DNA from: Octopus vulgaris
Taxonomy: Eukaryota
Length of the DNA: 64,000 nucleotides
Direction of reading: 5' to 3'
NCBI GenBank assembly: GCA_951406725.2
Contig: OX597814.1
Coordinates: 167,400,001 to 167,464,000 of the forward strand
Position numbers and translations under genes: made by a program. Numbering within the stretch: the stretch's first letter is position 1; every line of letters begins with the position of its first letter. The notes beneath the pieces were generated by a model, which was not told the origin of the DNA, searched no databases, and worked only from the letters and a program-made list of their open reading frames with translations. Positions 63,029 through 64,000 of the stretch are shown in pieces.

Positions 63029-64000
63029 GTAATATATCTTTATCAATTCTTTCCTCTTCCAGTATATATATGTGTATGTGTGTGTGTATATATATATATA
63101 TGTATGTAGGTATGTATGTATAGAGAGTTTGAAGTGATGTTCAGATATTGTATATTGAGAAAAAGGAGGCAGTCAAATTTTGGATAATCCTTTATTAGCA
63201 CCTTCGTTTTTTTGAATTCGTCAAGACAAAATCAAATTGAAAATGGTAAAAACATTTCCTTGTTCATTTATATGAATTGGGTGTTTTTTGCTTTGTTTAA
63301 AAGAAAATATTTTTTTTTTTGGAAAAAGGTGGGAAGAGAGAAAGAAAAGCAAAGAGGGGAGAATAGATAGAGAGGTTTCAGGACAATCAGGGAAGAGGAG
63401 AAAAAATAATAAAGGATGGGGAAAGGATAGACAGATAAAAAGAGAGGTTTCTTTTCAATTTGATGTGGTCAATTCATTGAAATTTCATTACAAAGCATTT
63501 TTCTTTTTTTCTTTCTCCTTTCTTTTTTTCTCTTCATTGTATACCTATCAACATATTTATAAAAAAAACACATTTTCTTACAAGGGCTGGTGACCTTTCA
63601 AAGATGTCAATTTTAGGCAGTAGGATGGAAGAAATAAGAAAATGGGGAGGGTGCAGTCATCACTGAGAAATAATACAGAGATTAAAGTTCAACGTCCTAT
63701 GAAAATGTGTATTCCTTTATACTATATAGCCAAGTCTCATATTCTGTGTATGTTTTGCATGAACAAACATTAAATATTAGTACAATATTCATAAAATAGG
63801 AAAATAAAGTCAGAATATAAAAAAATAATTTGGTACTGTTTATAATTCAATCTATTCTCTATGTACATTTAATCAAACCTTTGTAGAAAAGGTTTTGGTA
63901 GAAACTCCATAAGATGCACCCAGTGTAAGCTTTGGATACATAAAAGGTGCAACAACATCAGAGGAAGGTTAACAGGGAAACTAGCTTTCGTATGTGGAAA

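Overview
AT-rich, intron-rich animal genomic DNA. The repeat repertoire (tRNA-derived SINEs, RTE-type LINE with (GAT)n tails) looks like an octopus/coleoid cephalopod, which is an inference. Two plus-strand genes are present. The first is a complete SCAP (SREBP cleavage-activating protein): 25 coding exons, 3470-35607, all GT-AG and phase-consistent, 3909 nt, about 1302 aa. The second is the 5' part of ASCC3: 7 coding exons, 49196-63028, continuing beyond the window. Introns and intergenic DNA hold RTE and CR1-like LINE fragments, a Tc1/mariner remnant, a Helitron fragment, SINEs and several MITE families. The most unusual observations are four. (1) A complete minimal type-I hammerhead-ribozyme fold with a compensatory G3-C8 core swap lies inside a small TSD-flanked element (7308-7358, minus strand), and three further decayed hammerhead-like motifs occur elsewhere. 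(2) The SCAP last exon is duplicated with its acceptor intact, and a ~2 kb foldback element supplies a new hydrophobic C-terminus. (3) There is an 82-bp-arm intronic hairpin, plus inverted retroelement pairs bracketing SCAP exons. (4) The SCAP leader is dense in uORFs, including a TGATG stop/start overlap. Homology calls come from recalled protein sequences, not database searches.
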